DNA of 63,107 nt, filler included, from Octopus bimaculoides (taxonomy: Eukaryota): the NCBI RefSeq assembly GCF_001194135.2. It is 5 parts of 5 records of this genome, joined end to end, with 100 filler letters (N's around TTAATTAATTAA, not from the genome) between each part and the next. Parts side by side here need not be neighbours in the genome. Positions count along the whole stretch, not along the records: positions 29,543 to 43,534 come from NW_026327786.1; positions 43,635 to 52,722 come from NC_068994.1; 3 more parts are not named here. One strand, given 5' to 3'. How positions within the stretch are numbered: position 1 is the first letter of the stretch; every line of letters starts with the position of its first letter. The notes under the pieces were generated by a model. It had not been told where the DNA came from, did not search any database, and saw only the letters and a list, made by a program, of their open reading frames with translations. Shown one piece after another: positions 37,942 to 49,235 of the stretch. A program made the position numbers and the translations under genes.

Positions 37942-38327
37942 TTGTTGTTGTTGGCACTTCCGTCGCTTACGACGTCGAGGGTTCCAGTTGATCCGATCAA
38001 CGGAACAGCCTGCTCGTGAAACCAACGTGCAAGTGGCTGAGCACTCCACAGACACGTGTACCCTTAATGTAGTTCTCGGGGATATTCAGCGTGACACAGT
38101 GTGACAAGGCTGACCCTTTGAATTACAGGCACAACAGAAACAGGAAGTAAGAGTGAGAGAAAGTTGTGGTGAAAGAGTACAGCAGGGTCCACCATTCCCT
38201 GCCGGAGCCTCGTGGAGCTTTAGATGTTTTCGCTCAATAAACACTCACAACGCCCGGTCTGGGAATCGAAACCGCGATCCTATGACCGCGAGTCCGCTGC
38301 CCTAACCACTGGGCCATTGCGCTTCCA
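37942..38327 (-). mobile_element. Full-length SINE head A + tail X
   Basis: Highly similar to 8119-8492. Confidence 0.95.
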
Positions 38328-38672
38328 CATTTGGAACATTAACTAACATGAAATTTTGATGGAAGGTTTAAATTTAGATCGTTTGAACTTTTTTTCTTAC
38401 CATATTCCAATTGAAACACATTGCTTTGTTTTAATTAGTTTTGAAAATAAGGAATTTAGTAAAACAAGTTTGTCATTAACTTGGTGTTTGGAACATAAAT
38501 TTATAAGATACTCTGATGGAAGGTTTAAATTTTAATTACTTTAACCCTGCTTTTTTTAACCACTGAAAATAGTTAAGAATTTACTGAAAGAATTTTGTCA
38601 TTATTAAGTTATTTGGAAATTTTGATAGAAATATGTTTTCAATTTAGATCGCTTTGCACGATACTTCCATCA

Positions 38673-39321
38673 TAGAGCGCAATGGCCCAGTAGTTAGGGC
38701 AGCGGACTCGCGGTCATAGGATCGCGGTTTCGATTCCCAGACAAGGCGTTGTGAGTGTTTATTGAGCGAAAACACCTAAAAGTTCCACGAGGCTCCGGCA
38801 GGGGATGGTGGCGAACCCTGCTATACTCTTTCACCACAACTTTCTCTCACTCTTACTTCCTGTTTCTGTTGTGCCTGCAATTCAAAGGGTCAGCCTTGTC
38901 ACACTCTCTGTCACGCTGAATATTCCCCGAGAACTATGTTAAGGGTACACGTGTCTGTGGAGTGCTCAGCCACTTGCATAGGATCGCGGTTTCGATTCCC
39001 AGACCGGGCGTTGTGAGTGTTCATTGAGTGAAAACACTTAAAGCTCCACGAGGCTCCGGCAGGGGATGGTGGCGAACCCTGCTGTACTCTTTCACCACAA
39101 CTTTCTCTCACTCTTACTTCCTGTTTCTGTTGTACCTGTAATTCAAAGGGTCAGCCTTGTCACATTCTGTGTCACGCTGAATATCCCCGAGACCTACGTT
39201 AAGGTGTACACGTGTTTGTGGAGTACTCAGCCACTTGCACGTTAATTTCACGAGCAGGCTGTTCCGTTGATCGGATCAACTGGAACCCTCGACGTCGTAA
39301 GCGACGGAGTGCCAACAACAA
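38673..39321 (+). mobile_element. SINE head A + tail X as a partial dimer (38673-38978, then restart 38979-39321)
   Basis: The sequence breaks at AGCCACTTGCA and restarts at TAGGATCGCGGTTTCG of the head. Confidence 0.92.
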
Positions 39322-39658
39322 TGTTCCAATTAACTATATTCTTAATTATTTTCAAAATAACTGAAACGAAGACATCTTTCATTTGAAATATGGTAACAAA
39401 AGGGTTAACGTGATCAAAATAAAAAATGATCCATCAAAGCTTTATTCTATTTTATGTTTCAAACACTAGATTAATAATGACGAAGTTATTTTACTAAATT
39501 CTTAAAGATTTTAAAAATTAATTAAAACCGACATTGTATTTCAATAGAAATACAGTTTAAAAAATGGTTAAAGCGATCTAAATTAAAACTTTCCGTCAAA
39601 ACATCTTATAAGTAATAACGCCAAAATCATTTTACGAAATTCTTCGTTATGCTTTTAT

Positions 39659-40060
39659 CTTTTTACTTCTTTCAGTCATTTGACTGTGGCCATGCTGGAG
39701 CACCGTCTTTAATCGAACAAATCGACCCCAGGACTTATTCTTTGTAAGCTTAGTGCTTATTCTATCGGTTTCTTTTGCCGAACCACTATGTTACAGGGAC
39801 GTAAACACACCAACATCGGTTGTTAAGCGATGGTGGGGGACAAACGCAGACACACACATTCACACACACACACACACTCGCACACACATATATATACGAC
39901 GGGCTTCTTTGAGTTTCCGTCTACCAAATCCACTCACAAAGCTTTGGTCGGCCCGTGGCTATAGTAGAAGGCACTAACCCAAGGTGCCTCGCACTGGGAC
40001 TGAACCCGGAACCATGTGGTTGGTAAGCAAGCTACTTACCACACAGCCACTCCTACGCCT
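39659..40060 (-). mobile_element. Full-length SINE type D
   Basis: Reverse-complement homology to 24485-24935. Confidence 0.92.
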
Positions 40061-40332
40061 TTAGCTAAAACAAAGGCGGAGTTTTTCAACAGAAATATGG
40101 TAACGAAAGACTTAAAGTGATCTTAATTAAAATCTTCCATCAATATTTCATGTTAATTAATGATCCAAACACTAGCTTAACAATGATTAAGTTTGTTCAT
40201 GGACTGAATTCTTCCTTATTTTCGAAATTATTTGAAATGAAGGCAGCGTGTTTTAGCAGAAATACGGTAACAAAAGAGATAAAGAGATCTAAATGAAAAC
40301 CTCTCATCAAAACATTTTATAAATAATCCTGT

Positions 40333-40622
40333 AGGCGCAGGAGTGGCTGTGTGGTAAGTAGCTTGCTTACCAACCACATGGTTCCGGGTTCAGTCCAACT
40401 GCGTGGCACATTGGGCAAGTGTCTTCTACTACAGTCTCGGGCTGACCAAAGCCTTGTGAGTGGATTTGGTAGATGGAAACTGAAAGAAGCACGTCGTATA
40501 TATGTATATATATATATATATATGTGTGTGTATATGTTTGTGTGTCTGTGTTTGTCCCTCCCCCCAACATCGCTTGACAACCGATGCTGGTGTGTTTACG
40601 TCCTCGTAACCTAGCTGTTCGG
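40333..40622 (+). mobile_element. SINE type D (3' end in gap)
   Basis: Head AGGCGCAGGAGTGGCTGTGTGGTAAG. Confidence 0.92.
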
Positions 40623-40771
40623 NNNNNNNNNNNNNNNNNNNNNNNNNNNNNNNNNNNNNNNNNNNNNNNNNNNNNNNNNNNNNNNNNNNNNNNNNNNNNN
40701 NNNNNNNNNNNNNNNNNNNNNNNNNNNNNNNNNNNNNNNNNNNNNNNNNNNNNNNNNNNNNNNNNNNNNNN

Positions 40772-40905
40772 NCTTAATTTATCGACCTCGAAAGGATAAA
40801 AACCAAAGTCGACCCCGGTGGAAATTGAATTCAGAATGTTGCGTCTGGCGAAATACCGTTAAGTATTTCGTCTAGTACTCTAACAATTCTGCCTGCTCAT
40901 CGCCT
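40772..40905 (-). mobile_element. SINE type C, 5' part, diverged
   Basis: ATCGACCTCGAAAGGATAAAAACCAAAGTCGACCCCGG. Confidence 0.75.
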
Positions 40906-41071
40906 TACGTTTTATAAATAACAATTACAAAATTACGGAGATGTACTTGCATAGCAAGTGACCTGATCTGAGATCGTTTGCTGGAACGAAAACAATTGCA
41001 GCGTGGAAGGTGTTTATAAGCCATTTAAAATAACACACAAAAACCGTTAGATTCACTTCAACATTTAAATT

Positions 41072-41128
41072 TAATTTGTCAAAATATTTTCGTCGCTTTG
41101 AGACCGCGACCTGTTCACTGAAAAAATT
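41072..41128 (-). ncRNA. Minimal type-I hammerhead motif with a compensatory G3:C8 core
   Basis: Minus: TTTTTCA-GTGAACA-G-GTCGC-GGTCTCAAA-GCGAC-GAAA-ATAT-TT-TGACAAA. Stem II is 5 bp, stem III is palindromic (AAATATTT), stem I pairs at 6 of 7 positions. Confidence 0.65.
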
Positions 41129-43088
41129 CTGTGCTGCATCTCTTTAACAATATTATTTTATTAAATTCCTTATTTTAAAAATTAATTGAAATTAAAGCTA
41201 GGAATTTCAACAGAAATATGGTTAAATTGATCTTAATTAAAACCTTCAATCAAAATTTTATGTTAATTTTTGTTCCAAACGCTAGATTAATTAAGAGAGT
41301 TATTTTACTAAATGTTTAATCATTTTCAAAAATATTTGAAAACGAAGGCAAAAATATGGTAAGATTTTCAACAGAAATATGGTAACAAAAGGGTTAAAGT
41401 GATCCTAATGTGTTGTTTAGTTACACGCTTCTTTTATCGAACTTATTAGCGTGAGAAACCTCCCTCACTAATTAGCGAGGGTCGTTAATTATATTAGAGA
41501 AAGGAACACGTGTAAGAAATACCAGATACCATAGTTACTTCAGTATGTGTGTGTATGTGTGTGTGTGTGTGTGTGTTTCAGTCTAGGTGCGTGCGTGTGT
41601 ATAAGCAAGTGTGTGCATATGTGCGTGTGTACGTGTCAATGCACGTATGCGTGCGCATGCGTGCAAGTGTTTGCAACTTTGTGTGCGTGTGTGTGTGTGT
41701 ACGTACGTGTGTGTGTGTGTGTGTGTGTGTTTAGGTTTCGTTTGGCGCATGTGCAAATGAGCGCTAGCGCGTATGTATGTGCGTGCATTTGTGGGTGCGT
41801 GAGTGTGTGTGTGTGTGCATGTACGTGCGAATGTGTGCGTGCGTAAATACGTGTTTATATGTATGAGTGTAACTATGTTTGTGTTTATGTGTGTATGTGT
41901 GTATGTGTGTGTGTCATTGTGTGTACGTGTATGAACGTATGTGTGCGTAGGCACGTGTTTGAGTGGGCGTCTTAATGTATGTGTGTGTGTGTGTGTGTGT
42001 TTGTATGTGTGTACGTGTGTGTCATAGTGTCATTGTGTGTGATAATAAGTATATATGTGTGTGTATGTGTGTATGTATGCGTGTGTGTGTCTATGAGTAT
42101 GTATTTTGAAGATGTGAATGTGTGAGAATATATATATATATATATCGCTTTGTATGTGGTTTACAAGATTCTTTATCTGAATTCGTGTGTTGTAGCATGT
42201 TTTACTGATTTTCCCCAGACACAATAACATATATATATATATATGTACATACATACATATATATATATATATATAAGCGCGTGTGTGCCTGTGTTTGCGT
42301 TCATGTGTCTGCGTGTATGTGTGTACCTATGTGTGTATGTGTGTTGCCATTTTCGCTAATACGATCACTATTTTTATTTCATTTCATTCAGGCAGTATTT
42401 TCCATCCTATTTTCTGTTTTCTGACAGACAGACAAACAAACAAACAAAAGAAAAAAGAAAAACGGCTTTCTTCTTCATTTATNNNNNNNNNNNNNNNNNN
42501 NNNNNNNNNNNNNNNNNNNNNNNNNNNNNNNNNNNNNNNNNNNNNNNNNNNNNNNNNNNNNNNNNNNNNNNNNNNNNNNNNNNNNNNNNNNNNNNNNNNN
42601 NNNNNNNNNNNNNNNNNNNNNNNNNNNNNNNNNNNNNNNNNNNNNNNNNNNNNNNNNNNNNNNNNNNNNNNNNNNNNNNNNNNNNNNNNNNNNNNNNNNN
42701 NNNNNNNNNNNNNNNNNNNNNNNNNNNNNNNNNNNNNNNNNNNNNNNNNNNNNNNNNNNNNNNNNNNNNNNNNNNNNNNNNNNNNNNNNNNNNNNNNNNN
42801 NNNNNNNNNNNNNNNNNNNNNNNNNNNNNNNNNNNNNNNNNNNNNNNNNNNNNNNNNNNNNNNNNNNNNNNNNNNNNNNNNNNNNNNNNNNNNNNNNNNN
42901 NNNNNNNNNNNNNNNNNNNNNNNNNNNNNNNNNNNNNNNNNNNNNNNNNNNNNNNNNNNNNNNNNNNNNNNNNNNNNNNNNNNNNNNNNNNNNNNNNNNN
43001 AACCAAATTAAACTTCTCTGGCTATCAAAAGTCACGAAGAGAGCTATCTTGACAGTGAACATTTAAAAATAACAACAACAACAACAAC

Positions 43089-43128
<40 letters not shown>

Positions 43129-43135
43129 GTAATAA

Positions 43136-43534
43136 TACAACTGGAATAACAACAGACAAAAGATCGTATAAACACACGCCAGAAAAGGTCACAGAAAACG
43201 AGAAAGCAACCATACTCTGGGATATGCCAATACACCCAGATAGAGAAATTAAGGCAAATAGACCAGATATAGTTGTCAAATATATATAACATACAGAAAA
43301 TTGCACTACTGGGCACTGCATACATCCTACGCAAAACACTTTCAATACAGTAACCATAAGAGCATCACAGCAAACCACAGCACATACCCAAGGCACACAG
43401 AGCTACGCTCGGTAGTGAAGTGAAAGCACGTTATAAATATAAAACTACTGAACAATAATAATAATAATAATGAAAATAAAAACTACAGAAAAAAGATGGT
43501 ATAAGCACACGCCAGAAAAGGTCACAGAAAATGA
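43136..43534 (+). pseudogene. R4/Dong-like non-LTR 3' fragment (RLE domain, internally deleted) within (TAA)n, plus the start of a second copy at ~43475
   Basis: YKHTPEKVTENEKATILWDMPIHPDREIKANRPDIVVK // IQKIALLGTAYILRKTLSIQ*. (AAC)n/(AAT)n on the left, (AAT)n on the right. Confidence 0.85.
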
Positions 43535-43634
43535 NNNNNNNNNNNNNNNNNNNNNNNNNNNNNNNNNNNNNNNNNNNNTTAATTAATTAANNNNNNNNNN
43601 NNNNNNNNNNNNNNNNNNNNNNNNNNNNNNNNNN

Positions 43635-43671
<37 letters not shown>

Positions 43672-44182
43672 ATATATATGCAGGCATATATATAAATAAA
43701 TCATCATCATCAGCTGTACCAGCTTCAGCAGCAGCAGCAATATCAGCATCAGCATCATTTAACTTTTGCCTTCCTTGCTGGCATGGGTTGGACAGTTTGA
43801 TAAGATGCCACTAACCAGGACAGAGTTGACCTCAAGTGTCAGCTAAGGAATAGTCTCTAAGGCCTGATGCTGTTCCTTATGTCAGGAGCTTTTTCCATGA
43901 GACTACCACTAGTGATGTTCCTATGTAGCTTGGAACACACAGAGAATAATAAAGAAGAAGGGAACCCCTTCAACTGAGTGAGGTTGCTGTGGAGAGAGCG
44001 GGGGAGATTTATGCTAGGTATTGAGAATCTAAAGCATGAGAGAGGGATGAGTACAGGAGTCTGCCTATAAAAGAGTTACGTGGCTACCCAGCACTGGATT
44101 AACCATTAAGTAAAATAAGTACATGTTTGGGCATGAAGTGCAGAGATGAGGGGCACCATAGAAATGTAAATGATTTATGCCA

Positions 44183-44221
<39 letters not shown>

Positions 44222-46740
44222 TGCTAAAATAATATTTGAAATGGTTTTATATAACTGGAAATATAATTTTGAAGTGTTCATGGTGTCAATCAAAATCAGT
44301 AAGAGAAAACTTTTCAAATTTAAATAAAGAGATGTGTACAAACATAAACATTATTTTCCTTTTTATTGTTAGTTTTGCTTCATCATGAAAATGAAAAGTT
44401 TATTTCATAGTTTATTATTTAGGCGCAGGAGTGGCTGTGTGGTAAGTAGTTTGCTTATGAACCACATGGTTCCGGGTTCAGTCCCATTGCATGGCACCTT
44501 GGGCAAGTGTCTTCTATTATAGCCTCAGTGAGTTGGGGACAAAGATGAATGGAAGGGTGGGATGGGGATATGGGGGCAGTATCTGTAGCAGAAATGTGCA
44601 TTTAGTGATTCCACTATGACTACTAGACACTTAATTTCCATTACCAATAAATTTCTGTGCTTTTTGACTCTATACATTTCTAAGAGATGTTATCTCAAGT
44701 CGAATACTGCAGTTTCCAGGCTTTCTACATTATATCTGTGTTAAGTATGATATGCATAAAGCTATTTTGAAATAATACTGCTTCCATTGCTAAAAACGTA
44801 TTTTTACGCTGCCTGTTGGCTAATTGCAACACTAGTGGTTCATTATTTACTGTTTTTGTAGATCAGTAGAGACTATAATTGTCATAGTACATCAATAAGT
44901 AGTTAGCAATTTCCCTATTGCTGCTAAGACATTATTTTGTCTTCTACTAATATACTTCTGTGTTTTTTAACACTGTATGCCTATGAGGTACTTTCTTGAG
45001 ACAAATACCACAGTTTTCAGGCTTTTTGCAATATATCTGCATTATGTATGATACACAGAATACTATTTTGTACTAAAACCGATTCTTTAATTAATAATGA
45101 AAACACACACACACACACACACACGCATGCACACACGCACACACACATACACACACACACACACACAAATACACATTTATAAACATGTATACCATCATCA
45201 TCATCATTTTATGTTCTGTCTTATGTATGTATGCATGTATGTATGTATGTATGTATGTATGTATGTATGTATGTATGTACGCATGCATGCATGTATGTAT
45301 GTATATGATCCAACAGTTATCAGTTGGTTTGTAAATGGATATAGTTGATGATGATGGAGATATTGAGAAACTAACAGAAATATCAGATATGGTTTTGGTA
45401 AATTTCATGGTAGGGTGAAAGAAGTTAATGAAGTAGATAAAATTGTTGAGCTGTTGCTTGATAAGGGTGGTGGTGTTGACAAAATTGTCAATATGATACG
45501 TCCTGCATTATGATGACATATTTCATTGTCAACATGACTGGCCCATATGGCGTACCTCACCGACTGACCATGCTTGCTATGTCTGTCCATTATTTATCAG
45601 TAGTGGAACAGCCCACTTCTCACTTAGGGGTGTTCACCACAACACAATATAACAACGATATGGTGTTAATTTAATGACCATACTGGGATGAGTCCAATAA
45701 ATTGAGCAAATATTTGCTGCTCAGTTTGACTTACACAGAGGTTGACATAATTAGGGCCCATCTTAGTTCCCATAGTGGTACCACTGAATATGTTTATAAA
45801 ATTCCCTAGAGAAAGAAAATCAATTAAGAGTTAGGATGAGCTGTGCTAGGTGGAAGAGTGCAGTAGTGGTGGATACATGTAGGGGGTGATGCTCTTTGAA
45901 ATGCTGGAGGGCTCAGATCCTGTGGAGGTCAACTTTGTCTTTCATAGTTTCAAGGTCTAAAAAGATTTTTTCAGTTGAACATTGGTGGAGCAGGGTGTTA
46001 ATGTAATTGACTTCACTCTCCCTTTAAGACTACTGGTCTTTTGTGAAAATATGAAACCATTCTTCTTCTTCTTCTTCTTCTTCTTCTTTGGGTTGAAAGC
46101 AGCAGTCATCCCTTCAACTAACATATATTTGTTGAAACTCTCCTCCACACCCTCTCTCTCTCTCTCTCTCCCTCCCTCCCCATTGCTTCCCTCCCCATTG
46201 CTTCCCTCCCCATTGCTTCCCTCCCCNNNNNNNNNNNNNNNNNNNNNNNNNNNNNNNNNNNNNNNNNNNNNNNNNNNNNNNNNNNNNNNNNNNNNNNNNN
46301 NNNNNNNNNNNNNNNNNNNNNNNNNNNNNNNNNNNNNNNNNNNNNNNNNNNNNNNNNNNNNNNNNNNNNNNNNNNNNNNNNNNNNNNNNNNNNNNNNNNN
46401 NNNNNNNNNNNNNNNNNNNNNNNNNNNNNNNNNNNNNNNNNNNNNNNNNNNNNNNNNNNNNNNNNNNNNNNNNNNNNNNNNNNNNNNNNNNNNNNNNNNN
46501 NNNNNNNNNNNNNNNNNNNNNNNNNNNNNNNNNNNNNNNNNNNNNNNNNNNNNNNNNNNNNNNNNNNNNNNNNNNNNNNNNNNNNNNNNNNNNNNNNNNN
46601 NNNNNNNNNNNNNNNNNNNNNNNNNNNNNNNNNNNNNNNNNNNNNNNNNNNNNNNNNNNNNNNNNNNNNNNNNNNNNNNNNNNNNNNNNNNNNNNNNNNN
46701 NNNNNNNNNNNNNNNNNNNNNNNNNNNNNNNNNNNNNNNN

Positions 46741-46781
<41 letters not shown>

Positions 46782-47099
46782 GGTGGAAATTTACTCTCGT
46801 ACCTCTGAGTACTCTTTGTATTAACACGTTTCAGTTTGTTTTAAAACTGAAAACGTGTATTCACCTCTCAATGTTAGGTTAATGAACAATAAATTAATTT
46901 CATTTGTTATTTCCATTGCTCGAATCCTAAATCAAATTATGCCTGTACGAGTTATTTCCCTTACATTCTATCTTCTCAAAGTTTCCGGAGAGTATAAAAA
47001 TGAATTTTTTGGCCTCATGATTAGATCATAGTTTTAAACGGTAACAGCTCGGAACTGAATTCATTATAGTATTTAGTTCCCCACTCTATTAGTTATAGT

Positions 47100-47660
47100 T
47101 TCAAATCACATTGTGATCAATATCATTAATCGACATAATGAAATACCACAACGTATTTTTGGGTGATGTCATATTACCGATTCTACAAGCTACCCTTCCT
47201 CTCCACCTGCCAATATTGGCTTCCACGTAAATGCCGGCACCCAAGAGGTTTCGGGTCGATTCTTGGATATAGCAGATCACAATTACCCAACAGTATAACA
47301 CGTTGTAGGATCGAACCTGAAATTACGAGGTTGCCAATAGAATTTCTTAACTACACAGATATAATTTTTATCAGTCAGGTTATACGTTCAAACTCTGGTG
47401 TGGTCACTTTCACCTTTAATCCAGTCGACTCTAGAAGCCTCGGGTGAGGCACTTTCGAGGCTACTGTATAAGCGTTTATAGGTTTGGGGGCCCGGGCTGG
47501 TTTGGTAGGATGGCACACACTCTAGCGGCGCGACTGGTTCTCTTCGAGAGCCAATTCATTTACACCACTAAACTCGCAGAATAGACATCCAAGAAAGGGC
47601 CTCTTCATTGATTGGTATGATGTCACTCATAAACATATTCCAACCCCTGGATCGCAGATT
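47100..47660 (-). mobile_element. Possible 5' UTR and decayed endonuclease start of an RTE-like LINE
   Basis: GC-richer leader with hairpins (TGGCTCTC-GAA-GAGAACCA; GCCTCG..CGAGGC), then degenerate LLAT.N.R.., ICYIQESTR and GAGIYV, resembling APE motifs. Confidence 0.3.
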
Positions 47661-48611
47661 TGCTGCCTGTCTTTCTTTTTTCGGCTCTCTCGCTGCCTCT
47701 CAGCGTCACTTTATACTTTTTACTGCAGGGGTTTCACCTCTTTGAAGCTGGCTCTGGTATCAGGTCACCTCCAGTCTGGCACTCCCGTTGTACTTACGTC
47801 TCTTCTTCTCACATCGCTCATGTTGTGTTCACCACCGCCGTTGTCACCACCACCGCCGCCGCCGCCGCCGCCACCACCACCACCACCACCTCAGACTCCA
47901 CGCTGAACACTACACCTACACCTTCCCTTCCACTTTGCAGATTCTCCGTCCCATNNNNNNNNNNNNNNNNNNNNNNNNNNNNNNNNNNNNNNNNNNNNNN
48001 NNNNNNNNNNNNNNNNNNNNNNNNNNNNNNNNNNNNNNNNNNNNNNNNNNNNNNNNNNNNNNNNNNNNNNNNNNNNNNNNNNNNNNNNNNNNNNNNNNNN
48101 NNNNNNNNNNNNNNNNNNNNNNNNNNNNNNNNNNNNNNNNNNNNNNNNNNNNNNNNNNNNNNNNNNNNNNNNNNNNNNNNNNNNNNNNNNNNNNNNNNNN
48201 NNNNNNNNNNNNNNNNNNNNNNNNNNNNNNNNNNNNNNNNNNNNNNNNNNNNNNNNNNNNNNNNNNNNNNNNNNNNNNNNNNNNNNNNNNNNNNNNNNNN
48301 NNNNNNNNNNNNNNNNNNNNNNNNNNNNNNNNNNNNNNNNNNNNNNNNNNNNNNNNNNNNNNNNNNNNNNNNNNNNNNNNNNNNNNNNNNNNNNNNNNNN
48401 NNNNNNNNNNNNNNNNNNNNNNNNNNNNNNNNNNNNNNNNNNNNNNNNNNNNNNNNNNNNNNNNNNNNNNNNNNNNNNNNNNNNNNNNNNNNNNNNNNNN
48501 NNNNNNNNNNNNNNNNNNNNNNNNNNNNNNNNNNNNNNNNNNNNNNNNNNNNNNNNNNNNNNNNNNNNNNNNNNNNNNNNNNNNNNNNNNNNNNNNNNNN
48601 NNNNNNNNNNN

Positions 48612-48790
48612 CCAACATCGCTTGACAACCGATGCTGGTGTGTTTACGTCCTGTAACTTAGCGGTTCGGCAAAAAGAGACCGATAGAATAAGTACTAGGC
48701 TTCAAAAGAATAAGTCCTAGGGTCGATCTTCTCGACTAAAGGTGGTGCTCCAGCATGGCCGCAGTCAAATGACTGAAACAAGTAAAAGAG
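48612..48790 (+). mobile_element. SINE type D, 3' part
   Basis: Homology to 24485-24935. Confidence 0.9.
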
Positions 48791-48907
48791 TAAGCCACAT
48801 TCCTCGCATGAAAGTTATTGGGCCATCACTCAAAAATTTACTGAAGCTTGTATTAGTTATCTCCCCTACAACTAATACTATTTTGTTATCTATTACTCTC
48901 TTTTACC

Positions 48908-49198
48908 CTCTTTTACTTGTTTCAGTCATTTGACTACGGCCATACTGGAGCACCGCCTTTAGTCGAGCAAATCGACCCCAGGACTTATTCATTGTAAGGC
49001 TACTACTATTCTATCGGACTCTTTTGCTGAACCGCTAAGTTACGGGGGCCTAAACGCACCAGTATCGGTTGTCAAGCGATGTTGGNNNNNNNNNNNNNNN
49101 NNNNNNNNNNNNNNNNNNNNNNNNNNNNNNNNNNNNNNNNNNNNNNNNNNNNNNNNNNNNNNNNNNNNNNNNNNNNNNNNNNNNNNACACACACACAC

Positions 49199-49235
<37 letters not shown>

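Larger units (their letters stand above)
38330..41400. repeat. Interrupted arrays of a ~155-bp AT-rich repeat (38330-38660 in one orientation; 39330-39620, 40065-40320 and 41140-41400 in the other)
   Basis: Recurring AAATATGGTAACAAAAGGGTTAA.GTGATC..AATTAAAACCTTC.ATCAAAATTT.ATGTTAATT..GTTCCAAAC. A related copy lies at ~14070-14260. Confidence 0.75.
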
